NCBI GenBank assembly: GCA_000002445.1
Contig: CP000071.1
Coordinates: 576,001 to 640,000 of the forward strand
DNA: 64,000 bases
From: Trypanosoma brucei
Lineage: Eukaryota
Direction of reading: 5' to 3'
Every line of letters begins with the position of its first letter. Position 1 is the first letter of the stretch. The translations under genes were made by a program, and so were the position numbers. The notes under the pieces are model-generated. The model was given only the letters and a program-made list of their open reading frames with translations. It had not been told where the DNA came from and made no database searches. Shown in pieces: positions 11,575 through 21,456 of this stretch.

Positions 11575-11665
11575 ATGCGTACAAGTACATGCAACTACAT
11601 ACATACATGTACATATATGCATATATATGTATATATGTATATAAATATTTATTTATATACACTTG
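11575..11665. repeat. Alternating purine-pyrimidine (CATA/TGTA/TATG)n low-complexity tract
   Basis: acatgcaactacatacatacatgtacatatatgcatatatatgtatatatgtatataaatatttatttatatac. Confidence 0.85.
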
Positions 11666-12910
11666 TTTGTGTGATTGTTGACCAAACTTCCTGTTTCATG
11701 GCATTACCACACGCCCTTGAGAGGTGCTGCGGCGCCGGAATATGTAGCCTCCTTTTTTGCCTCCCATTCACTCACTCATTCATTCATTCAATCATTTTTT
11801 TTTCTCGTGCATTTTGCTCATTGTATTTTGTCACGCGGCAGAACCCCAGGGCTCATGTGAAAGACGAAACCAAAGGAATTAAAAGCGTAAGTTATAAAAT
11901 GATAGAATGAAGTGTGGGGAGGGAAAAAGGGATTTTTCTTTTTTTTTTTTTAAAAGGGGGAGAAAGTGCCAAAGAGCAAAGTGAGCAACACCAAGAGAAA
12001 TAATAATAATAATTATTATTATTTTTTGAGACTCACACAAACAGGGTACAGTTTCCAACGGCCTCAATAAAAAAAGAGTGCGTGGATAAGGGGGGAAAAG
12101 AGATATTAAACAGGGGAAGAAATAAATAAGAAGGAAAAAAAAAACAAAAGTAGATCAGGATGAAAACATTTCCCTTGAAATATATTTGTCTTGACAAATC
12201 CAGAAGATGATATAAGCCCCCTCACAACACCCATTACCCATTTCGGCCTTTTACAACAGCACACAAAATTAGGCAGTAAATTCCCCGTTTCGAGCCCCCC
12301 CCCCCCAAAAAAATGCGTTTCGGCCCCTCAACTCCCGGTTGTGAATGTCGTGGTAATAACGATAAAAATATTGAAATAATAATGAAAATCAAAGTAGTTA
12401 TGAATTAAATATACCTACGCTCGCTCTCTTCCTCTTCCTCTTCCTTTCCCTCTCCCTCCCTTTTCATCATTTCTATATTTTGATCACTTACTGAATAGTT
12501 CTTTTTTTTTTTTTTAAGTCTGAACAATGGGTTGCCAGTTCAATCGGCATAATATAATTTCGGGTTTGGTATCAACTTGGCAGTTACGTTACCATCACCC
12601 CAAATCCTCCCCGTTTCATCACTATTTTATTTTTCCCCCTTCTTGATTTCTGTATGTTTACATTATTTACCATATTCGCACCACCTCATCCGCTACGTAA
12701 GTCACAGATGTGTCTGCTGCCTCTAAGTACCTTTAATCGCGTTTATACATTTGATGAATTCATTTACAGTTGTACATAACTTCACATTACCTCGGAGAAA
12801 AATAAAATTAATACAAAAAAAAGAAAAAAGACAGTTGTACATCCGTACATATATTTAATATATATATATATATATGCCTGTTCACTTATACGCATCTGTA
12901 CACCGAAATG

Positions 12911-13381
12911 TCAGCGGAGCAGGCGACAACCCGGAGTAAAGAACTGCATCCTACTGGCATCCGGCACTATACGCCAGGAGCCAATATTAATACTGCGGAA
13001 CTCTTGGCAGCAGGCACACGGGGCACAGCAACAGAAGACACAGAAAAAGTCACCAATGATATTCCCAGATGTGCCAGTACGCTTGCGGAGGTTGTAACGT
13101 GTGAACCAGCGGGCGCATGGACAAAGGAGAACCATGAGGCAATGCGGCCAAACGGAACACACATCGCCCAAACTCGACGCATATGTTTTGCACAAGATAC
13201 AAGGTGAACAGAATAAACAGTTGAAGATGCAGAGAAGTGCGTTGGCAAAATCAGGGGCGCCGCAGCAGGGCGCCAATCGCCAAAACTCCCAAACGAATCC
13301 GGCGGTACCATTCCAGCCGCATTGGTCAAAGCCAATGATACCGAGGAACCCCGTACGGTTAATCTCAGCGCAAAGAGACAT
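12911..13381 (-). CDS. PLAC8-family cysteine-rich protein (candidate small gene)
   Basis: 156-aa ORF with CCxxPCxxCQE-type signature (FCVFCCCAPCACCQEFRSI) and an upstream Cys cluster (FDQCGW...APCCGAP). It is the only plausible ORF in a ~3.5 kb gap and is co-oriented with the minus-strand transcription unit. Confidence 0.45.
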   Translation of the reverse strand: MSLCAEINRTGFLGIIGFDQCGWNGTAGFVWEFWRLAPCCGAPDFANALLCIFNCLFCSPCILCKTYASSLGDVCSVWPHCLMVLLCPCARWFTRYNLRKRTGTSGNIIGDFFCVFCCCAPCACCQEFRSINIGSWRIVPDASRMQFFTPGCRLLR

Positions 13382-13981
13382 GACTTTGGAAAAGAAGTGC
13401 GCGCTTAATTCCCCTTAGTTGAAAAAAAAAGGGGGAAAAATAACTGAATGTTGACGCCGCGGCAATGTTGTGTGGCCCTTCTTAGCGGGTGCTCTTTCAC
13501 CCTTTTGTATCTACTTGGGGTACAAATGGGCAAGGTGTTGTTAGATGTCTGTCCACTTCGCAACCTCAAAACGTTTAGTCAAACCTTCGCCACAAAAAGC
13601 CTATGCAGGCAATAGTGATAACTTTTGTTTTTTCGATAGCTTGTCTGCAGATGAGAAGGTGTGGGGGTGGTTACGGGATGTACAAGGTAGAGTATGGCAG
13701 TAGACGAAATACAACTTGACGAAGAAGCAACCAAACATCACGGCAAAATACGTGTAAAGTTACCTATAAAGAAGGGAAGTAAAATACCAAGAATAATTTA
13801 TACGGTGGACCACATAGAAAGAAGAATTATATGTAGGGTGGTAGTGACGAGAGAACCCGTTGCGGCACGTAGCAAAACTGACGAAAGGGAAGAACATATG
13901 GACAATTAAGCGTACATGCAAACAACGACAAGGGTCATATGTGTATACATGTACTACTACATAGGCCTTGCCTTTCCATCA

Positions 13982-15865
13982 CTAACGCCGTAACTTCCCC
14001 ACCTGAAGGTCGAAGGGATCGAGTGTCATGAGGGAGCATAGAAATGAGGTGAGTTGAAGCACCTTCGCAGTCCCATGCATGGGTTCCTCGCCGCGTTGCT
14101 TTCGTACTCGCGGGGGAGTTGCGAGTGGCGATACGCCATGAAGTTGACTCCCTACAGTGTTTTGCCACTTTGAGTACTGACATTCTCCCGCACAAGATTC
14201 GGCGCTGAGCATCGATCGCACAACAAATCGCATGGACACACTGTGGATGAGCTCCGACATGAACACCTTCAACAACATCACAGCAACAAGGACAAGCAGC
14301 AACAGCAATGGAGCGTTTCTAAAGAGTGCGTGAGCGATAGGTGAAAAACTCCACAGAAGGAGTGCGGCGTATGGGACCGGAACAAACCCCGTCCGTCGAA
14401 CATATTTGGGGAAAAAACCATCGCTCGGCCGCAGCAGTTTGCGCAAATCCTGAGAGTCGTACAGCGCACTATCCACACAGCAGGCTCGGATATGCGTGAG
14501 TCGCCACAGCACCGTTTCCGCAGCCATATCGATAAGGGTGAGTTGCGTGAAACTTCGGTAGACGCTAAGAGAAATACCATTGAACTTCGCCACGAAGAGA
14601 TGCTTCGTAAAATCCACTGCTACTTCCGACAGAAGTACAAAAAGTGTATCGGCAAAATCCAGACCACAGAAGCGTTCGTGCATGTGCTGCATAACCATAA
14701 CAAGTACAAACAAAAGGAACTTCACGCGCTCAATTGCGTCTGCTGCCGCTACAGAGTACAATGACTCCCTGTTGTGTTTTTTGTACACAGCCCCCTTAAG
14801 TTCACTCAAGCTGCTGCTGACGATGAGAGTAAGAAGCAAATTCCCTTCCGAGTTAACTGCAACGTTGAGCGTTACAACAGAGAGCAGCAGTACAACAGCA
14901 TGAGCAGCGACACTCACCACAGCCACGACAGCGCTCAGCACAGGGAGCCACGTGGCGGCGAAGCGCTCACACTGCTCACCACAGGTTTGTGCGGCTCCCC
15001 GCCAATCCCCCACACACGCCGTGAGCACCTCCGTCGCCTCGTGCGAAAGCGCTGACAACAGCTTGTCGGCAACTTCCAAAATGTTGAAGACCATCATGAG
15101 CTTGATGAAAGAAGTGCGACGCACAGCATGATAGAGATACGCATAAAGCTCCACGGTCTTGAACGACAGGAGAGTGTAAGTAAGCACACCTACGACGATG
15201 AGCACCAAAGCCACTGCATCCCGCCGCTCAAAACGGTGCACACTAACGATCAACTTGAGTGGAAGAATCAGAAGCGACAGAAGATTCTCCACCATGCCAA
15301 GTATTGTGAGGGCAAAAAAGTACTCAATGTCAACGAACATATCGGGCATACGAACAAAGTGCCGAAGCTGCTTAACGAAGCCTATGTCCTGTTGCCCGCA
15401 CATGGTGCTACCTTCGTGGCGTGAGGCATCGGGGCAGCGCTCCCGGTCTGACGGACCAAAGAGACTGCGCAGCAGCCGCGCTTGCATTTGGCAGGTAACC
15501 AACACCGGCTGGCGCGAGCCTCTAATGCTTTGGGAAAAAAGTGTTGGCCGCAGGAAGAGAGAAAAGGAGTAAAAAAGAGACAAGACGGTCATACAAGTGG
15601 CTTTGAGGATGCACACCTGAATGTCTGCAAGGATAGGAGTGATACAATCAAAAGGGATTGATTCCAAAAGCAGAGACACGTAACACCGGCCGCCATGCAC
15701 AATCACACATACCTTCCCCTGTGCATTCATATGACGAGAATGCAACTCAAACCCCGTAGGGAGCAGTGAGCAGTCTCGTTCGAGACGTAGCCACGTGTAA
15801 ACAGATGATCCGAAGAAGGTGGTGCGGCAACAAACATACAGGATCCGATACGGAGGGTGGAACAA
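13982..15865 (-). CDS. TAPT1/Emp65-like multi-pass membrane protein (DUF747 family)
   Basis: Multi-TM ORF. Segment IKLMMVFNILEVADKLLSALSHEATEVL matches the conserved TAPT1 core (IKLYVI[FY]N.LE[VI].D+L..SFGQD.L). The true start is probably an internal Met (around 15487 or 15403): the maximal ORF leaves only 49 nt to the upstream gene, and a polypyrimidine tract lies at ~15545..15590 on the coding strand. Confidence 0.65.
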   Translation of the reverse strand: MFHPPYRILYVCCRTTFFGSSVYTWLRLERDCSLLPTGFELHSRHMNAQGKVCVIVHGGRCYVSLLLESIPFDCITPILADIQVCILKATCMTVLSLFYSFSLFLRPTLFSQSIRGSRQPVLVTCQMQARLLRSLFGPSDRERCPDASRHEGSTMCGQQDIGFVKQLRHFVRMPDMFVDIEYFFALTILGMVENLLSLLILPLKLIVSVHRFERRDAVALVLIVVGVLTYTLLSFKTVELYAYLYHAVRRTSFIKLMMVFNILEVADKLLSALSHEATEVLTACVGDWRGAAQTCGEQCERFAATWLPVLSAVVAVVSVAAHAVVLLLSVVTLNVAVNSEGNLLLTLIVSSSLSELKGAVYKKHNRESLYSVAAADAIERVKFLLFVLVMVMQHMHERFCGLDFADTLFVLLSEVAVDFTKHLFVAKFNGISLSVYRSFTQLTLIDMAAETVLWRLTHIRACCVDSALYDSQDLRKLLRPSDGFFPKYVRRTGFVPVPYAALLLWSFSPIAHALFRNAPLLLLLVLVAVMLLKVFMSELIHSVSMRFVVRSMLSAESCAGECQYSKWQNTVGSQLHGVSPLATPPRVRKQRGEEPMHGTAKVLQLTSFLCSLMTLDPFDLQVGKLRR

Positions 15866-15913
15866 TAAAGCCAGTCTTTCCTCCCTCTTCGCCGTTCAAC
15901 AACATCTAGGAAC

Positions 15914-16852
15914 TCACACTACAGCAGCATCGTGCTGGGTTGCAGCGGTGTCTGCCGTTGTCTGTTGGACCCTGCTGCTGAGGGCAGCGAGCGCGATATT
16001 TCGACGACGTTGTGCCTCTTCTTCTGTAGATCCCGGGAGTAACGCCCCGGCCGCAGCACCTTGAAGAACAGGTACCGCAACGGTGTCAGTGATGCCTCCA
16101 GACCCGCTTCCAGCGCGGCTGCCATCCCCACTACCCTGTTGCCGTGGCGCTTTCGATACCATGCCGCAAAGCTTGAGTAAAGGTTCCAAAAGCACACTCA
16201 GGGGCACCACCGAGGGCGTGTTAAGAGCCGACTGCAGATACCAAGTCGTGAGAAGCCCAAGGAGCGCTGGAGTGAAAACGCTGCCCAAGAAAACTTTGGT
16301 TCCTCCAACATCGTTCTCTGTGATGCGGTGCTGCCCGCGAAAAAGCCAGTCAATTACAAGTGTAATTGCTAGTAACGCCGTTGGTACGTGCTGCCGCTGC
16401 ACCTGGCGCGGAAGTTGGGACGGAAAAGCAGGAGACCTTGGCGAAACCCCCACCCACGGAACAAGAATGCCCGAAGCCGCAGGCCACACCCCACAGTAGC
16501 ACTGAAGGAACCACGTGAATCCAACGTTGTACAGTAACGCGCTCAGTATGAGCAGTGTAAGGGAGGCAGACACAGTCGATGCAGCAATTAATCTCACCAG
16601 AGCTCGGGTCCCGATGATGCTCTCCACTGCCACACCGAAAGTTAGCATGTAAACCGCGCTGCAAACAGCCAGCACTATATTGGTCTCAACTACGACGTAC
16701 GTGATTAGGTTCCAAGGGTAGCTTCTGGCAGAAAAAGTGTGGGCGGGGATGAAACCAAGCACGCGCGGAACCACGGTGGAAAAAGTACTGAGCAGAGCTG
16801 TTCCACACAGCACGGCGGCAATTGCTCCGCTAACTGCACCCTCACCAGCCAT
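15914..16852 (-). CDS. Polytopic membrane protein, function unknown (possibly rhomboid-fold/TMEM115-like)
   Basis: 312-aa ORF with about 6 hydrophobic helices and a C-terminal Gly/Ser/Ala-rich tail. Co-oriented with the transcription unit. The family assignment is a weak impression only. Confidence 0.55.
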   Translation of the reverse strand: MAGEGAVSGAIAAVLCGTALLSTFSTVVPRVLGFIPAHTFSARSYPWNLITYVVVETNIVLAVCSAVYMLTFGVAVESIIGTRALVRLIAASTVSASLTLLILSALLYNVGFTWFLQCYCGVWPAASGILVPWVGVSPRSPAFPSQLPRQVQRQHVPTALLAITLVIDWLFRGQHRITENDVGGTKVFLGSVFTPALLGLLTTWYLQSALNTPSVVPLSVLLEPLLKLCGMVSKAPRQQGSGDGSRAGSGSGGITDTVAVPVLQGAAAGALLPGSTEEEAQRRRNIALAALSSRVQQTTADTAATQHDAAVV

Positions 16853-17274
16853 GCGACCGCGGCCGCCACGTCAAGTTATATGAAGCTTAATATAGGAAAG
16901 TTCCTAAGGGTCTTTTCACGATGTTAAGAGCAAGAGGGAGGACGTGAAAGTAGAAGGAAAGACAACGACCGCACTGCCAAAGTAAGCGGGCGATCGAAAA
17001 GATAGAAAGTCACACTTGTTTTTCTTTTCGAATGCCGTTAATTGCTGACCTTTACTTGTCATATACACACCAAAATCCACTGATAGAGGAACAAAAAACC
17101 GGAAGCCACACGTGGGCAACGCTCGGAGAGGTAACTGTATCCACTATGATACAAAGGGGGAGAGTACACTCGACATCACTGAGAGAGGAAGCATATTTAA
17201 AATTCTTTACTAAAGTGTCGCAATGAAGTCCAACATTGTAAACCAGAAAGGTGCAACAGAGCCTTACGGGTCCC

Positions 17275-18504
17275 CTACAAGTCACTAATCAAAATGGCAA
17301 CGGAGGAGGCGGAGAAAATGCCACCATTTCCGTATACCAGGGCCCGTTTTGGTACCGGTGTAAGCTGGCGGTCCCCTGCCTCCTCAGAAAGCTGCGCTAT
17401 AGCTTCAGTTATGTTGTACATCGCTGGAACTTCCCACGGGGCACCAAAGCACTGCAGCCCACCATGTGTGTTGATAGGGAACTTGGAAGGGTCCAATACG
17501 CCCCCGTTGTTGAGCATTTCGTTATAGGCTGTTTCCATGAATTCGCCGCCCTTTCCCTCGGGGCACAGGCCAACCGCCTCAACAGCCTGAATCAAACAAA
17601 TAGGAAAGCAGTCATACAAACCAAAGAAGTGAATATCGCCCACGTTCAGATTAGCGGAGAGAAACGCATCCCGAGCAGCATGACGACAAGAGAAAATATC
17701 CGGCACGATGTCATCGCTGGAACCTGGTGGAAAAAGTGGACCAGACGCTTCTGCGACGCTGGCGATTATCGGCTTTGAGCCGCCTAGGTGCCGTTGCTCC
17801 TGTTTCCCCTGCGCAAAGTGTTCGGCGTAGTGCGCTTCGCCTGAAACAATGAGAGCCACGGCACCGTCCGCGCGTCGGGCACACTCTAGCAAATTCGTGA
17901 CTGGCGCCACACAGCGGGAATGCAACACCTCATCAAGGGTGTAGGCTTTCCGGCACATTGCCTCGGGATGCCTCTCAGCCATTTTACTCATCAGTACGGG
18001 CACCATGGCTAGCTGCTCACGTTTCAAGCCATAGCGACTCATGTACCACTGAGCATAGCGGTCATAACCATGTGGAATGCACGGCTCTGGCAGCCCGCTT
18101 CTCCGCAGCGATGCATTGGAGCGCTCTGCAAACGCGCCACTTCCCATGCTCAACACGGCATCTGCGGCAATGACAGCAACCGTCTGTGCGCATCCAGTCC
18201 GCACCAAATCCACGGCCATCCCAAGAGCCGTAATAGGACCTGCCCCACCCGTGTCGACGGTGCGAACTATAAACTTTCCCTTCGTGGGGAATAGGCCAGC
18301 CACTGTGGCTATGTGGTGTGCTTGCATGAACTGTGGGCTTGCCAACGAGGGCACCGCGATGAGAGCTTGCAAGTCACACTGCTTCATGTTTGCATCAACC
18401 AGGGCACATTTGAGAGCGGATGCAGCAAGTTCGTCGACTGACTTATGCAGCTTACCAATACCCGTGCGACCGACACCGACAATGCGCACAACCTGAGATG
18501 CCAT
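17275..18504 (-). CDS. SCP2-thiolase-like protein (thiolase fold, lacks the canonical nucleophilic Cys)
   Basis: 409 aa with thiolase-fold signatures (GVGRTGIGK, C-terminal GNGGIFSAS). The N-terminal catalytic-Cys position reads TVDTGGAGPITALG (no Cys). A YDCF loop is present. This matches the trypanosomatid thiolase-like protein family. Confidence 0.8.
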   Translation of the reverse strand: MASQVVRIVGVGRTGIGKLHKSVDELAASALKCALVDANMKQCDLQALIAVPSLASPQFMQAHHIATVAGLFPTKGKFIVRTVDTGGAGPITALGMAVDLVRTGCAQTVAVIAADAVLSMGSGAFAERSNASLRRSGLPEPCIPHGYDRYAQWYMSRYGLKREQLAMVPVLMSKMAERHPEAMCRKAYTLDEVLHSRCVAPVTNLLECARRADGAVALIVSGEAHYAEHFAQGKQEQRHLGGSKPIIASVAEASGPLFPPGSSDDIVPDIFSCRHAARDAFLSANLNVGDIHFFGLYDCFPICLIQAVEAVGLCPEGKGGEFMETAYNEMLNNGGVLDPSKFPINTHGGLQCFGAPWEVPAMYNITEAIAQLSEEAGDRQLTPVPKRALVYGNGGIFSASSVAILISDL

Positions 18505-18808
18505 GAGTCGTTGAAGGCTAGTATCTTAGTCTGTTATTACCTTTTCAGCTGCTTTCGTAGGGATATCAGGGTGCCAGAATGAAACGAGAACTTGCGCACC
18601 GCACAAAAAAATATCGTCCCCCCAAATTGTAACCAAGTTCCCACACTACCAGAGATACCGAACAGCCCACCTCCCCCCAAAAAAAAATTTCGAACCGCCC
18701 CAACGCAATCTTTCAATTAACACCATTATCATACTTTTGCCTCGGCACAAGCACGTGTATATGACTCCCCCATGTATTTACCTACAGCACTTTAACACCG
18801 TCCCCACG

Positions 18809-20539
18809 CTAAATAATCCAACCACTGGCTACCACATACCACGAAGCAGAATGCACAGCGGAGCTCACAGACAGCGTAACTGGATTAATGGGGCAGTACC
18901 CAACCAGCGTCTGCCCGGCGGTGGCAGCTCGGACCGGCGTGTCAAACTCAACGACTGCGAAGTTGACGCTCGTTCCACCAGCGAACTCTTGGACCTCGCA
19001 TGCGCGAAACCGTAGCACTGCCGGATGCAGAGGGTCCTGGTGCCGTGTACAGCAAGAACATCGCAGACACACCTCTTCCCCTTCCTCTCCATGCCGCGGT
19101 GATCTCGATGGTGGGAATGCCAGAGACAACATCAGCAGCTGCGTCATACGTAGTGGAAGTACAACATCGCTCAACTTGACAAGTGTGTTATACAGAAGTG
19201 GGTGGTTCCATCGATTCACCAGCCACACATTTCGCAGGTACCGAATGCAGCAGTTTTCCCCACACTTCTCATACCCATGGATGGGTGACACCTCTTTCCG
19301 TTGCACGTAGTAACATCTCGGGGACCCGCTATTCCCGGCTGCACCGCGTATCCGCTGTCCAACTGTGAGGTAATGAGCCGGCAGCAATGTCCGATCTTGC
19401 CTTCTTACAATTCCTGGAATGTTGAGTTGGTCAGCCGCTATTATTTGCTCCGTCTCGGCATCCAGATATTTTGTCTCTTCATCCGCGTGAACACCTTCTC
19501 CACCGGACTCTTCTGGAGCCGATGCCATGTACTCCGTGAGGAAGGCACCGAATCCACCACCCTTCCCTGACTTTCGCTTATATCGTTCACCTACAAAGCA
19601 CAACCCCGTACTTGTCTTCTTTGCACTGACACGTGTCAGACCAAGATGGGAAGCAACTACTCGAACATCCGCCTTGCGCTGGAATACATGACCTAATGGA
19701 AAAATCACGTTCGACAGCTGCAGCTGCGAGAGACGTGACAAAAACAGTGTTTGATCGTTGAGGTCTTGCCCTGCAGTGAACGGGCGTGCAATGACACGTG
19801 TATATCTACCGTTCCCCGACTCACTTGCCGCAGCTGAACAAAATACGGTGTCTGCTAGAGAAATGGTACGCGCGTAGTGGCCCGTTGCGACATATTGGGC
19901 TCGTCCTGACGTATGCAATGCGTGAAGAAGTGCACCAAACTTTATCTCCGAATTGCACAGGACATCAACGTTGAGCGTGTTGCCGCGTGCGTAAGAATTC
20001 AGCATTCGATCAAAACACGACGTTACGTAGTGGGAGCTAAAGTTGAACAGTGGAAGAGCTTCACTCTCTGACAGCAAACCCGCAAAGCGCGCCACTTCAG
20101 CAGCGTCGTGGTAATCTTGCTCCGCAGCCTCACACCATCTACGCCGATGATTCCCTCCAACATTCTCACATGTATCACTCGCACTGCCATCAGAGTCCTC
20201 GCTCACATCGTCCCAGTTTTTCATGAAGAGAGGGAAGTAATGCACTGCAGTGGTAGGGTTTTGTTGCATCGGAGTTGTTGCACTACTTTGAGTGATGTCT
20301 GCCCATGCCCGCCGCTTCACGATGGCGTCCATCACGGTGTCTAATGGGAGGGGACGCGGTGACCGCCAGAGCGCTTCCACGTCTCGCCATGTACTTACGC
20401 AACGACATAGGAAAAGCGCAGCGACGGCACTGTCTACTCCACCTGACAGCGCGACAGCTACCCTCACCGCCTGGGACGTCATGCACCGAATCGTGCTCCT
20501 TTCCCTTTGTTGCTTGCGTATAGCAGAAAACACCACCAA
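18809..20539 (-). CDS. MTU1: tRNA-specific 2-thiouridylase MnmA/MTU1-like (mitochondrial tRNA thiolation)
   Basis: N-terminal PP-loop motif AVALSGGVDSAVAA. Other matches: YVATGHYAR, and the MnmA C-terminal pattern (CFVGE...F..F) followed by a long eukaryote-type C-terminal extension. Confidence 0.75.
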   Translation of the reverse strand: MVVFSAIRKQQRERSTIRCMTSQAVRVAVALSGGVDSAVAALFLCRCVSTWRDVEALWRSPRPLPLDTVMDAIVKRRAWADITQSSATTPMQQNPTTAVHYFPLFMKNWDDVSEDSDGSASDTCENVGGNHRRRWCEAAEQDYHDAAEVARFAGLLSESEALPLFNFSSHYVTSCFDRMLNSYARGNTLNVDVLCNSEIKFGALLHALHTSGRAQYVATGHYARTISLADTVFCSAAASESGNGRYTRVIARPFTAGQDLNDQTLFLSRLSQLQLSNVIFPLGHVFQRKADVRVVASHLGLTRVSAKKTSTGLCFVGERYKRKSGKGGGFGAFLTEYMASAPEESGGEGVHADEETKYLDAETEQIIAADQLNIPGIVRRQDRTLLPAHYLTVGQRIRGAAGNSGSPRCYYVQRKEVSPIHGYEKCGENCCIRYLRNVWLVNRWNHPLLYNTLVKLSDVVLPLRMTQLLMLSLAFPPSRSPRHGEEGEEVCLRCSCCTRHQDPLHPAVLRFRACEVQEFAGGTSVNFAVVEFDTPVRAATAGQTLVGYCPINPVTLSVSSAVHSASWYVVASGWII

Positions 20540-21456
20540 ATGCTACGCTATGAAGCCGATGTGAACATGAAGGCCTTCTTTGCGGCCTGCCCTTGAGATA
20601 AAAACACCACGTTGCCTTCAAACGTAATTAGGGGGAAAAAGAAGGAAAGCGGGAGGTACAAGAGAATGCTGGATACCCAGAATGGGTGGAAAATAGCAGT
20701 ACAAAGAGATAGGAGGAGCCGACGGGTATGAAAAGGACTAACAAACGCGCTGCAAGCAAACAGAATAAAACAGCAAAGACACACGCAAATGTGGTCGAAG
20801 GAGGTAAGCAAAAAAGTCATTTGGCTGTGGAACCGCGTACGGCCTCTTCCCCAACACGGGGAAAACGGAAGGAGGTATGGGGCCAATTTGAGGAACAGAC
20901 AGACAAGAATGGTAAGGGGCTATATATATATATATATATAGCGAAGGGACGGCGCACCTATGCCACCGCCGTTCTATTTTTTCTTGATCACACGTACGGT
21001 CCTGCTACCAAATAGATCCGATGAACAGGGCATAACAGGTAAGGGAAGAAAGAATATTACCCGCGCCGTAGATACAGCCATACAAATGCACGGCTGTCGT
21101 TCCCTCCCTTTTCCCTCTCTTGGTTGTTTTTCTTCGTTGCCACCGGGCACCGCGGCAGTGACAAAATGGAGGAGGATACAATAAATCACGCTCATACCCC
21201 CTATCTCATTTGCTGTACGTTAAGTTGCCGCCCGGAGAAGATAAAGAGAGGGAGAGGGTCAAGTGGCGCACCCCCGCGTTTTGTTTTTTTGCCTTCTGTT
21301 CAAATTACTTTCCACCTCGTGTTATTTCTCTCGGATGATTGTGATTGTTTTTGTTACTTTCATTTTTTTTTCTGCGTCCTGTTTAGCTCCCCCACGTTAG
21401 TTCCTTCCTTCTTTTTATGACTCAACCTCATGCCGGGGGGACCCCATTCAAGCCCA

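Noticed and set aside
13694-13909. 71-aa plus-strand ORF (…GSKIPRIIYTVDHIERRIICRVVVTREP…) whose motif pattern superficially resembles RelE/ParE-type toxins
   Set aside because: It lies antisense to the minus-strand polycistron in a eukaryotic intergenic region. There is no partner antitoxin ORF. Short ORFs of this size are expected by chance in 64 kb. A prokaryotic toxin-antitoxin system in a trypanosome core region is implausible.
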